Source: Fibrobacteria bacterium (GTDB lineage: Bacteria; Fibrobacterota; Chitinivibrionia; Chitinivibrionales; FEN-1185). Taken from it: a stretch of 64,000 nt of DNA. The stretch covers positions 183,441-247,440 of the forward strand of contig JBBIGR010000002.1 in NCBI GenBank assembly GCA_037447435.1. The letters run 5' to 3'. Made by a program: the position numbers and the translations under genes. Of this stretch, positions 8,952 to 17,817 are shown piece after piece. The notes under the pieces were generated by a model. The model was not told the origin of the DNA. It worked only from the letters and a program-made list of their open reading frames with translations, and searched no databases. Positions within the stretch are counted from its first letter, which is position 1. Each line of letters starts with the position of its first letter.

Positions 8952-10397
8952 ATGAAGAACATGACAGCAAAATCATCCGTACTGGGGGTACTGATTGCTG
9001 TATCGCTTTGTTTCGCGGACAATCTTGACACTATGGAATCTCCGACGACGTTAACGCCGCCGCCGCCCGCTGCAGCGCCGGAGGCTTCGGGAGTAAAAAT
9101 AAAGCAAAGCGGTTTTCTGGGATTTGAAGGCGGCGAAATCGTTGAAGGAACCATGGATGCAAACCATTCGACCGAAACCGTCTCAAACGACGGCGGGCAA
9201 GGGCTTTTCGAAAAAGCGTGGATGGAAAGGATGTTGTTTCAGTGGGTCAACGATATATCCGTGACCGATCGCATCAAATTGGTGCTTGCAATCGAATGCC
9301 AGATGGGTTTCCACTTTCCGTATGATCAGACCGTTCTGTATGAATCGCATCAACCCGCATTCACCTTTTACCCGGACAGGGCCGAAGGTACATATACGTT
9401 GGGCGATTTGGACAGACCCTGGTTGCAAATCGGATTCGGTTATTTCCCTTTTAGAACCGCTCCCGACGTCCGAAACCTCGGGGAATATTTGTTCCGTACA
9501 AATACCTATCCCGTCTATGTCATGAACAATTTCAATCGGCCTTATTCAAGACTTCTCGGATTTCGATTCAGCAGCACGTTATTCGACAGTCTGCATATGG
9601 ACCTTCTCTTGACAAGCTCAAACCTTCTTCCGCCCCTGGTCGATTACTCATTATCCTTTGTCGCCAGCTATCGAGTGCTGAAATGTCTTGATATCGGCGG
9701 CGGAATCAGCGCGTGCCATTTGTTCAATACGTATGACGCCCAGGAAACCAATAAAGATTACCGTTACATTAAAGATAACGGGGATACGGCGCAATACACG
9801 TTTGAAGGCACAAAGCTGATGGCCCGTTTTGCGTTTGACCCTAAGCCGATTTTCGGATTGCAGAATACGTTCAGTAAAGCGGATCTTCGGCTGTACGGCG
9901 AATGGTGCATAACCGGCGTTTCCGACCAAAAGAATTACGATACCGTATCGACGGATCCGACGAATTTCGGCGGACATTTTTATGATAATCCCAACGACCG
10001 GATGCTTTACATGATGGGATTGAATCTTCCGTTTTTCAGGCTGATTCAATTAGCGTCTTTTGATGTCATCAAAGAGACTCCCGACGATGTCTTTTCGATC
10101 GAAGTCGAGCATTTTCCGAATAAATATGCAAACTCGGGTATGGAAGTTTTCGGCAGAACCGGGCCCTGGAAACCGATTCCCGATCCGCCGTCCAATGCAT
10201 TGGTCAGCTCCGTCTTTCCCTGGTTCTGGTCGTTTTATTTTAAAAAGAACTTCCTCGACCATTTCGCTCTTATCGTGCAATTGGCCCGGGACCATATGCG
10301 TCCGGTCGCCAACAATCCCAACTACTATTACACCGAGGATGTTCTCGAAAGACAACAAGACTGGTGGTGGAATGTCCGTTTGAACCTCAACTATTGA
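8952..10397 (+). CDS. Probable outer-membrane beta-barrel protein, function unknown
   Basis: Signal peptide, Pro/Ala linker, amphipathic aromatic-rich strands, C-terminal WWWNVRLNLNY with terminal aromatic (Bam-signal-like). Confidence 0.7.
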   Translation: MKNMTAKSSVLGVLIAVSLCFADNLDTMESPTTLTPPPPAAAPEASGVKIKQSGFLGFEGGEIVEGTMDANHSTETVSNDGGQGLFEKAWMERMLFQWVNDISVTDRIKLVLAIECQMGFHFPYDQTVLYESHQPAFTFYPDRAEGTYTLGDLDRPWLQIGFGYFPFRTAPDVRNLGEYLFRTNTYPVYVMNNFNRPYSRLLGFRFSSTLFDSLHMDLLLTSSNLLPPLVDYSLSFVASYRVLKCLDIGGGISACHLFNTYDAQETNKDYRYIKDNGDTAQYTFEGTKLMARFAFDPKPIFGLQNTFSKADLRLYGEWCITGVSDQKNYDTVSTDPTNFGGHFYDNPNDRMLYMMGLNLPFFRLIQLASFDVIKETPDDVFSIEVEHFPNKYANSGMEVFGRTGPWKPIPDPPSNALVSSVFPWFWSFYFKKNFLDHFALIVQLARDHMRPVANNPNYYYTEDVLERQQDWWWNVRLNLNY

Positions 10398-10435
10398 CCC
10401 TTTGCTTGAAATCAAACGGCACAATCGATCGATTA

Positions 10436-10459
10436 CCGCAATACGGCAACGTATTGCGG
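10436..10459. other. Intercistronic stem-loop with GCAA tetraloop
   Basis: ccgcaatacg-gcaa-cgtattgcgg upstream of the exuT RBS; no U tract. Confidence 0.6.
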
Positions 10460-10487
10460 ACATTACAACAGTAAAGGAAAAAGCCTT

Positions 10488-11765
10488 GTGACAGACGCAA
10501 AAAAAAATACCGGATATTTCAGATGGATCATTTGCGGCGTCCTCTTTCTTGCCATGACCATCAACTATATCGATCGGCAAGTCATCAGCATACTGAAACC
10601 CATGATAGTATCCTGGCCCGGTTGGTCGGAACTCGAATATGGCCGGGTCATATCGTTCTTTCAGCTTTCCTATGCGCTTGCCATGATCGGCGCCGGCGCA
10701 CTGATTGACAAAATTGGAATCAAAAAAGGCTTTATCATCGCAATTACGTTTTGGAGCCTTGCAGCCATGGGGCACGCGATTTCCGGAACCGTCGTTTCTT
10801 TTATACTATGGCGGATTCTTCTGGGAATCGGCGAAGCCGCGAATTTTCCCGCCGCAGTGAAGACCGTTGCGGAATGGTTTCCGAAAAGTCAACGCGCCCT
10901 CGCCACCGGCATTTTCAATTCCGGCACCAATATCGGCGCCTTCGTTACGCCGTTTGCCGTTGCATGGATACTGACGTCGCTTGGAACATGGCGCTGGGTT
11001 TTCATTTTGACCGGCGCTATCGGGTTTTTGTGGCTTGTATTGTGGCTCATCATTTACAAAAGACCGGAAAAGCATCCCCGTCTCTCGCCGGAAGAATTGG
11101 CATTCATTCAAAGCGAACCTGAAGAAAAAATCGAAAAGACGCCCTGGCTTTCCCTTTTCGGCCATAAACAAACCTATGCCTTTTTATTGGGAAAATTCCT
11201 TACCGATCCTATTTGGTGGGTATGGCTTTTTTGGGTGCCCGGCTTTTTAAACAAGAAATTTCACGTCAATATTACCGATATGAAAACGATGGGCATTTCT
11301 TTGGTCGTCATTTATACCATGGCCAGCGTCGGATCGATTGTCGGCGGATGGCTGCCGGCCTTTTTCATCAAACGGGGACTTTCATTGAACGTCGCACGCA
11401 AAAGCTCGATGTTGCTTTGTGCGCTTTGCGTCGTGCCGGTCGTCGGTGCGGCATTTACGGCAAATATCTGGGTTGCGGTTTTACTTATCGGACTTGCCTG
11501 CGGAGCGCATCAAGGCTGGTCGGCAAATATGTATACCCTCGGTTCCGATATGTTTCCCAAAGGCGCTGTCGGATCGGTTGTCGGAATTGCGGGTGCGGCC
11601 GGCGGAATCGGCGGATTCATCATGGCAAACTATATCGGTGCGATTCTAAATAAGAACGCCAGTAATTATTTGCCGATTTTCGTTATTGCCGGATCGATGT
11701 ATTTGCTGGCTCTATTGATTATCCAGGTTATCGTACCGAGACTTGAGAAAGCAAAAATCGCCTGA
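10488..11765 (+). CDS. exuT: MFS hexuronate transporter
   Basis: INYIDRQ, GEAANFPAAVKTVAEWFP, GIFNSGTNIGA, KFLTDPIWW, AHQGWSAN; GTG start with AAGGA RBS. Confidence 0.9.
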   Translation: MTDAKKNTGYFRWIICGVLFLAMTINYIDRQVISILKPMIVSWPGWSELEYGRVISFFQLSYALAMIGAGALIDKIGIKKGFIIAITFWSLAAMGHAISGTVVSFILWRILLGIGEAANFPAAVKTVAEWFPKSQRALATGIFNSGTNIGAFVTPFAVAWILTSLGTWRWVFILTGAIGFLWLVLWLIIYKRPEKHPRLSPEELAFIQSEPEEKIEKTPWLSLFGHKQTYAFLLGKFLTDPIWWVWLFWVPGFLNKKFHVNITDMKTMGISLVVIYTMASVGSIVGGWLPAFFIKRGLSLNVARKSSMLLCALCVVPVVGAAFTANIWVAVLLIGLACGAHQGWSANMYTLGSDMFPKGAVGSVVGIAGAAGGIGGFIMANYIGAILNKNASNYLPIFVIAGSMYLLALLIIQVIVPRLEKAKIA

Positions 11766-11794
11766 ATAGGTGGATTTACCAAAAGGTACCGACT

Positions 11795-12226
11795 ATGAAA
11801 TACGTGTTCGACAGCAAAAACAGCAAACGATATGCGTTTCCTACTCACAGCAACGATTTGATAATAGACAGGGCCGATGCGTCCGCATCGGAGGTGTTTA
11901 TTGTCATTGTAGAACCGGGAAAAGCGGTCCATTTGCATTCGCACGAAGATGTCGAACAGATTTTTTATATTTTAGAGGGAGACGGGATCCTCACGATCGG
12001 CGAAGCGAAAGATGAAATTGAAGTTCATCCGACAAATGTCGTAAAAATTCCTCCAAAAACCCTTCATACAATCCGGGCAAAATCCGATAAGGAAATCCGT
12101 TATCTTTGCGTGGATTGCTTTTGTTCGCAGCAAAAAGTAAAGGAACCGACGTGGGATTCGCATGTGAAAGTGATGTGCAACGAGCAAGGCTACAAATTCG
12201 AAGATATCATTAAATTTCAAAAATAA
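11795..12226 (+). CDS. Cupin-domain protein
   Basis: HLHSHEDVEQIFYILEGDG and IPPKTLH cupin motifs. Confidence 0.85.
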   Translation: MKYVFDSKNSKRYAFPTHSNDLIIDRADASASEVFIVIVEPGKAVHLHSHEDVEQIFYILEGDGILTIGEAKDEIEVHPTNVVKIPPKTLHTIRAKSDKEIRYLCVDCFCSQQKVKEPTWDSHVKVMCNEQGYKFEDIIKFQK

Positions 12227-12259
12227 AATTCTTACATGGCATAAAAGGAGCACAGCGCA

Positions 12260-13711
12260 ATGGGACAACAAGCAGATATTGCCGTCATCGGTCTCGCAGT
12301 AATGGGACAAAACCTCATTTTAAATATGAATGACCACGGCTACACGGTCGCAGCTTTCAATCGAACGGTTAGCCTTGTAGACGATTTCCTTGCCAATGCG
12401 GCCAAGGGTACGAACGTCGTCGGGGTACGATCGATTCAGGAAATGATGAGCGTTTTAAAACGACCTCGGAAAATAATGCTCATGGTCAAAGCCGGATCTC
12501 CGGTCGACTCCACAATAGAACAGATTCTTCCGTTTTGTGAAAAAGGCGACTGTATCATAGACGGCGGGAACTCCTACTTTACAGATACGATACGCCGCAC
12601 AAAATTCCTCGAAGAAAAAGGCATATTATTCATCGGAACCGGCGTTTCCGGCGGAGAAGAGGGCGCCCGGAACGGCCCGTCCATCATGCCCGGCGGAAGT
12701 GCCGCCGCCTGGCCATTAGTCAAAGATATCTTCAAGGCTATTTCCGCAAAAACCCCCGACGGTTCTTCGTGTTGCGAATGGGTGGGAAACGGCGGCGCGG
12801 GTCATTATGTCAAGATGGCGCATAATGCCATCGAGTATGGCGATATGCAAATCATTTGCGAAGCATATCACCTTATGAAGAATATCGGAATTTCCGCCTC
12901 CGAAATGCAATCGATATTCACCCAATGGAACAAGACCGAACTCGACAGCTATCTTATTGAAATAACAGCCGAAATTTTAGCGGTCAAAGATTCCGACAAT
13001 ACTCCGCTCGTCGACAAAATCCTGGACCTTGCCGGGCAAAAAGGCACGGGAAAATGGTTCAGCGTAAACTCCTTGGACCTTGGCATTCCGGTAACGCTTA
13101 TCGCCGAAGCCGTGTACGCACGATGTTTGTCGGCGCTTAAAGACGAGCGTGTTGTTGCATCGAAAAAAATCAAAGGACCGTCGACTTTGTTCGGCGGCGA
13201 TAAAAAGGCGTTTATCGAAGATATCCGCCAGGCGCTTTTGGCATCCAAAATAATTTCCTATGCGCAGGGGTTTATGTGCATGCGTGAAGCGCAAAAGGAA
13301 TACGGCTGGACGTTGAACTTCGGCGACATCGCCCTCTTATGGCGCGGCGGCTGCATCATACGCAGCGCGTTTCTTGACAAAATTAAATCGGCATTCGATA
13401 AAAACCCCGATCTGGCAAATTTGCTGCTTGACGACTATTTCAAAACCGTTGTCGAAAATTGCCAGGCGTCCTGGCGCAGGGTCGTTTCCCAAGCCGTGCT
13501 GATGGGTATCCCGTTACCCGCCTTTTCATCGGCGCTTGCGTTTTTCGACGGGTATCGAAGCGAGCAACTGCCTGCGAATTTATTGCAAGCGCAACGGGAT
13601 TATTTCGGCGCTCATACATACAGCAGGACCGATAAACCGCGCGACCAGGTATTTCATACCAATTGGAACGGGCGGGGCGGCAACGTGACGTCGAGATCGT
13701 ATCTTGCGTAG
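12260..13711 (+). CDS. gnd: 6-phosphogluconate dehydrogenase, decarboxylating
   Basis: IGLAVMGQNL, DGGNS, GVSGGEEGA, GHYVKMAHN, QKGTGKW, QAQRDYFGAHTY. Confidence 0.97.
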   Translation: MGQQADIAVIGLAVMGQNLILNMNDHGYTVAAFNRTVSLVDDFLANAAKGTNVVGVRSIQEMMSVLKRPRKIMLMVKAGSPVDSTIEQILPFCEKGDCIIDGGNSYFTDTIRRTKFLEEKGILFIGTGVSGGEEGARNGPSIMPGGSAAAWPLVKDIFKAISAKTPDGSSCCEWVGNGGAGHYVKMAHNAIEYGDMQIICEAYHLMKNIGISASEMQSIFTQWNKTELDSYLIEITAEILAVKDSDNTPLVDKILDLAGQKGTGKWFSVNSLDLGIPVTLIAEAVYARCLSALKDERVVASKKIKGPSTLFGGDKKAFIEDIRQALLASKIISYAQGFMCMREAQKEYGWTLNFGDIALLWRGGCIIRSAFLDKIKSAFDKNPDLANLLLDDYFKTVVENCQASWRRVVSQAVLMGIPLPAFSSALAFFDGYRSEQLPANLLQAQRDYFGAHTYSRTDKPRDQVFHTNWNGRGGNVTSRSYLA

Positions 13712-13742
13712 TTAAACATTTTCCGAACGGAACATATTCACA

Positions 13743-15197
13743 ATGTCATATATGTCGAATAATTTTTTGCTCCACAACAAGACGGCCGAGACGCTTTTTC
13801 ATTCCTATGCGGAATCGATGCCGATTTTGGATTATCATTGCCATCTTTCCCCAAAATCGATTGCCGAGGATGAAAAATTCGATACCATAACGCAATTGTG
13901 GCTCGGCGGCGATCATTACAAATGGCGGCTCATTCGCGCCAACGGCGCGGATGAAAACAGTATTACGGGAAGCGCATCGGATTTTGAAAAATTCCTCAGG
14001 TGGTCTTCCACCCTGTCGCGGGCGATTAGAAATCCGCTTTACGATTGGGCGCATCTGGAATTGCAACGCTACTTCGGCATCGACACGCTCTTGTCGGAAG
14101 ATACTGCGACGGCAATCTACGGCGCTTGCAATGAGAAACTCAAGGAAGAATCGTTTTCCGCGAGAAACCTTCTCAGATTCATGAAGGTCAAGACCGTCTG
14201 TACGACCGACGATCCGATAGATTCTCTTGCATACCATGCCAAATTGCGGGACGACGGATTCGAAATCGCGGTATTGCCGTCGTTTCGGGCCGATAAAGTA
14301 ATGGCAATACAAAATCCCGGCCAATTCAACCGGTATCTCGATTTGCTGTCGGAATCGACATCGATATCGATACGGTCTTTCGAGGCCATGATCGAAGCTC
14401 TTGACATGCGACATGAATTCTTTCATGCCCAAGGATGCAGGGTCGCGGACAGCGCCTATACGATTATCCCGACCGGGCAATTCACCGCGTCCCGGATCAA
14501 ATCGATTTTCGAATGCCTTCGGTCGGGCAACCCGGTTTCGAAGCAAGAAATACCGGTATATCAGTATGCCGTGGCGCTCGAACTCTCGAAAATGAACCAT
14601 AAAAGAAATTGGGTTCAGCAATTGCATTGCGGCGTATTGCGCAATGTACGGACGGCATTGTTGGGACAAATCGGTCCGGATGCCGGCGGCGACTGTATGG
14701 GAGATTATCCGATCGCCGAATCGCTGTGCACCTATTTTAACGATCTTGACCAAAGCGGGCAACTGGCCAAAACGGTCATGTACAACATCAATCCCCGGGA
14801 CAATGATTTGCTCGCAAACATCGTCAACACGTTTATGGACGGCTCCTGTCCGGGAAAAATCCAATACGGTCCCGCCTGGTGGTTTTGCGACAACAAAGAC
14901 GGCCTTATTTCTCATTTGAAATCACTTTCATCGAGCGGCCTTTTGGGAAGATTCATCGGCATGACCACCGATTCGCGTTCCTTGCTCTCTTTTGTCCGGC
15001 ATGAATATTTCCGGCGCATCCTCTGCAATTTCCTCGGCACTGAAATGGAAGCCGGAGATGTTCCGCAGGATATTCCGTTTATCGGCAGACTGATTCGCGA
15101 TATCTGTTTTTACAATGCCCAGGAATATTTCGGATTCAATTCATCACAACAAACATCAATTCGGAGAGAACAATATGAATGCGCAAATGCCCTCTGA
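13743..15197 (+). CDS. uxaC: Uronate (glucuronate) isomerase
   Basis: DYHCHL, DHYKWR, CTTDDP, WWFCD, TDSRS..RHEYFRRILC. Confidence 0.95.
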   Translation: MSYMSNNFLLHNKTAETLFHSYAESMPILDYHCHLSPKSIAEDEKFDTITQLWLGGDHYKWRLIRANGADENSITGSASDFEKFLRWSSTLSRAIRNPLYDWAHLELQRYFGIDTLLSEDTATAIYGACNEKLKEESFSARNLLRFMKVKTVCTTDDPIDSLAYHAKLRDDGFEIAVLPSFRADKVMAIQNPGQFNRYLDLLSESTSISIRSFEAMIEALDMRHEFFHAQGCRVADSAYTIIPTGQFTASRIKSIFECLRSGNPVSKQEIPVYQYAVALELSKMNHKRNWVQQLHCGVLRNVRTALLGQIGPDAGGDCMGDYPIAESLCTYFNDLDQSGQLAKTVMYNINPRDNDLLANIVNTFMDGSCPGKIQYGPAWWFCDNKDGLISHLKSLSSSGLLGRFIGMTTDSRSLLSFVRHEYFRRILCNFLGTEMEAGDVPQDIPFIGRLIRDICFYNAQEYFGFNSSQQTSIRREQYECANAL

Positions 15198-16026
15198 TCT
15201 CAATAACAAACGCGTGATAATCACCGGGGGCGCTGGTATTATTTGCGGCGAAATAGCGACCTTCCTCGCACAAGCCGGTGCTTCGGTTGCGATTCTTGAT
15301 TTAAGCGCGGAGCGGGCAGAGCAGAAAGCTTTGGAAATTTCCAAAACCTGCAACCAAAAAGCTATCGGCATCGGCTGTAACGTTCTTGACAAGAAATCCT
15401 GCGACGCTGCCAACGACAAAATCAAGGAAGCCTTCGGCGGCGCGGACATCCTCATCAACGGAGCCGGCGGGAACTCTCCCAAAGCAACAACCGCCTGCGA
15501 ATTCATCGCCGATGCGGACATCGACAACCTCGACCAAACTTTTTTCGGACTGGATATCGACGCATTTCGAAACGTTTTCGATCTGAATTTCATGGGCACC
15601 CTGTTACCGACCATGATTTTTGCACGGTCGATGGTACAAAACAAAGACGGCGTCGTATTGAATATTTCTTCAATGAATTCATACCGGCCGCTTACCCGAA
15701 TTCCGGCATATTCCGCAGCCAAAGCGTCCATCAACAACTTCACGGCGTGGCTCGCCGTTCATTTGGCAAAACAGAATGTCCGCGTCAACGCGATCGCTCC
15801 GGGCTTTTTATTGACAAACCAAAACAGGTTTCTTTTGACCGACCCCAACACGGCCGAGCTGACCGCCCGCGGATCGAAGATCCTTTCAGCCACACCGATG
15901 AACCGGTTCGGCACACCCGAGGATTTATTGGGTGCGGTGAAGTTCCTTGTTTCCGACATGTCTAAATTCGTCACCGGTATCGTCATCCCTATCGACGGCG
16001 GCTTTTCCGCATACAGCGGAGTATAA
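15175..16026 (+). CDS. uxuB: SDR-family D-mannonate oxidoreductase (fructuronate reductase)
   Basis: TGGAG, INGAGGN, SSMNSYRPLTRIPAYSAAK, RVNAIAPGF, DGGFSAYSGV; start at 15175 after GGAG RBS; adjacent to uxaC. Confidence 0.85.
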   Translation: MNAQMPSDLNNKRVIITGGAGIICGEIATFLAQAGASVAILDLSAERAEQKALEISKTCNQKAIGIGCNVLDKKSCDAANDKIKEAFGGADILINGAGGNSPKATTACEFIADADIDNLDQTFFGLDIDAFRNVFDLNFMGTLLPTMIFARSMVQNKDGVVLNISSMNSYRPLTRIPAYSAAKASINNFTAWLAVHLAKQNVRVNAIAPGFLLTNQNRFLLTDPNTAELTARGSKILSATPMNRFGTPEDLLGAVKFLVSDMSKFVTGIVIPIDGGFSAYSGV

Positions 16027-16028
16027 CG

Positions 16029-16538
16029 ATGATTATCGTTGTTATGGGGGTTTCCGGGTGCGGAAAGTCTACGATTGCGGAATTACTTGCAAACAAACTC
16101 GGCATTTCTTGGTATGATGCCGATAATTTTCATCCGCAAGCCAATATCGACAAGATGAAAAACGGAATACCTTTGACTGATGCCGACCGGATGCCGTGGC
16201 TGAACCGCCTTTCTTTTGAGATGGTTTTTTGGGAAAACGAAGGCGGCGCGGTGTTGGCGTGTTCGGCGCTTAAAGAATCCTATCGTACGATCCTACGGGG
16301 GCAGGAAAAAGGTAACGTGAGGTTTGTGTATTTGCAAGGAAGCAAAGAATGCATTCTTAACCGAATGAAGCAACGGAGCGGTCATTATATGCCGACGTCT
16401 CTTTTAGATAGTCAATTTGCAACGCTCGAGGTTCCGCAAAACGCAATTACCGTTTCAATAGAAGAATCTCCTGAAACCATCGTCGAAACCATTGTATCGC
16501 AATTGAAAAAGGCGAAATCACCACATGATGCTCTTTGA
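16029..16538 (+). CDS. gntK: Gluconokinase (GntK/IdnK type)
   Basis: MGVSGCGKST, DADNFHP, PLTDADR.PWL, CSALK..YR, LLDSQFATLE. Confidence 0.93.
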   Translation: MIIVVMGVSGCGKSTIAELLANKLGISWYDADNFHPQANIDKMKNGIPLTDADRMPWLNRLSFEMVFWENEGGAVLACSALKESYRTILRGQEKGNVRFVYLQGSKECILNRMKQRSGHYMPTSLLDSQFATLEVPQNAITVSIEESPETIVETIVSQLKKAKSPHDAL

Positions 16539-17796
16539 AAAAATAAATACGACGGAGTATTTGTCCGACCTTGAATTAAAAAACGGTATTTCCACCGCTC
16601 TTGCGGCATTGGGAACCGTTACGAAAATGCTTATCGTACCTCCCGATATCACAAGACTCCATTCGGAAGCGGGCAAATTGACCCGTTTTGCCTACGATTT
16701 TAATCCTTCCGCCATATCGGCGATTATGCCCGCATTGGGCACTCATGTCGCAATGAATGAAGAAGAGCTTTCGAGGATGTTCGGCGATATCCCGAAAAAA
16801 CTTTTTAAAGTCCATGATTGGCGAAACGATTGCGTCAATCTTGGGGCAATCAAACGTGATTTTGTCAAAGAAGTTTCCCAAGGGGCGGTCGATTACGATA
16901 TTCCGGTCGAAGTAAACCGTATCCTCGTCGAGCAAAAACATGATTGTATTTTGTCTATCGGTCAGATCGTGCCCCATGAAGTTGCCGGAATGGCCGGGCA
17001 TGCAAAAAATATTTTCGTGGGCCTCGGCGGCGCGCAAAACATTCACAAAAGCCATTTTCTCGGCGCTGCGTTCGGCATAGAGAAAATCCTCGGTAAAACC
17101 GATTCTCCGGTCAGAAAAGTATTCGATTATGCAATGGAGACCTATTTGGGTTCATTGCCCATTGTCCACGCTCTAACCGTTATCGGACGGGATAAAACCG
17201 GAAAATTACGGGTAGCGGGTCTTTTTATCGGTACCGGCAAGGAATGTTTTCTGCACGCTGCAGAGCTGTCGCGCGCGATAAATTTCGAACAGGTGCCGAC
17301 TCCCCTTTCTACGGTTGTAACGTATCTTGACCCTGTGGAATATAAAAGTTTTTGGCTCGGCAATAAAAGCATATACCGCACACGAATGGCAATTGCCGAC
17401 AACGGTCGTCTCATCGTTATCGCACCGGGATTGAAAGCATTTGGAGAAGATGCCCAAATCGATTCGCTCATTAGAAAATACGGTTATAAAGGAACGCCGT
17501 ACGTTATGGATTGCATACGGAAAAACGATGATTTGAAAAGCAATTTAAGTGCGGCGGCGCATTTGATACACGGATCGACCGAAGGCCGATTCACCGTCAC
17601 GTATTGCGTTTCCCATATGAGCAAACACGACGTGGAAAATGCGGGCTTTGAGTATGCGTCCGCAGAGGATATGCTCAAGCGTTACGATCCGTCTGCCTTG
17701 ACACCCGGCACCAACATCCTTGCCGACGGAGAAGAAATCTATTTTATTCCGAACCCTGCCACGGGCCTTTGGGCCTACGAAGGCAGAATCTCTTAA
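16525..17796 (+). CDS. LarA (lactate racemase/DUF2088) family protein, probable D-mannonate/D-gluconate 2-epimerase (GntE-like)
   Basis: PPDITR, ALGTH, HDW, PHEVAGMAGHAK, SH, NK: His/Lys pattern of nickel-pincer enzymes; overlaps gntK. Confidence 0.8.
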   Translation: MMLFEKINTTEYLSDLELKNGISTALAALGTVTKMLIVPPDITRLHSEAGKLTRFAYDFNPSAISAIMPALGTHVAMNEEELSRMFGDIPKKLFKVHDWRNDCVNLGAIKRDFVKEVSQGAVDYDIPVEVNRILVEQKHDCILSIGQIVPHEVAGMAGHAKNIFVGLGGAQNIHKSHFLGAAFGIEKILGKTDSPVRKVFDYAMETYLGSLPIVHALTVIGRDKTGKLRVAGLFIGTGKECFLHAAELSRAINFEQVPTPLSTVVTYLDPVEYKSFWLGNKSIYRTRMAIADNGRLIVIAPGLKAFGEDAQIDSLIRKYGYKGTPYVMDCIRKNDDLKSNLSAAAHLIHGSTEGRFTVTYCVSHMSKHDVENAGFEYASAEDMLKRYDPSALTPGTNILADGEEIYFIPNPATGLWAYEGRIS

Positions 17797-17817
17797 AGTA
17801 AACAAGATCGGGGAACT

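Noticed and set aside
13746..14915. 389-aa minus-strand ORF, and many similar 60-290 aa overlapping ORFs
   Set aside because: Antisense or alternate-frame shadows of well-supported genes such as uxaC, ABC-F and rel.
16525..17796. Lactate racemase function
   Set aside because: Context is entirely sugar-acid catabolism with no lactate genes, so an epimerase role is more parsimonious.
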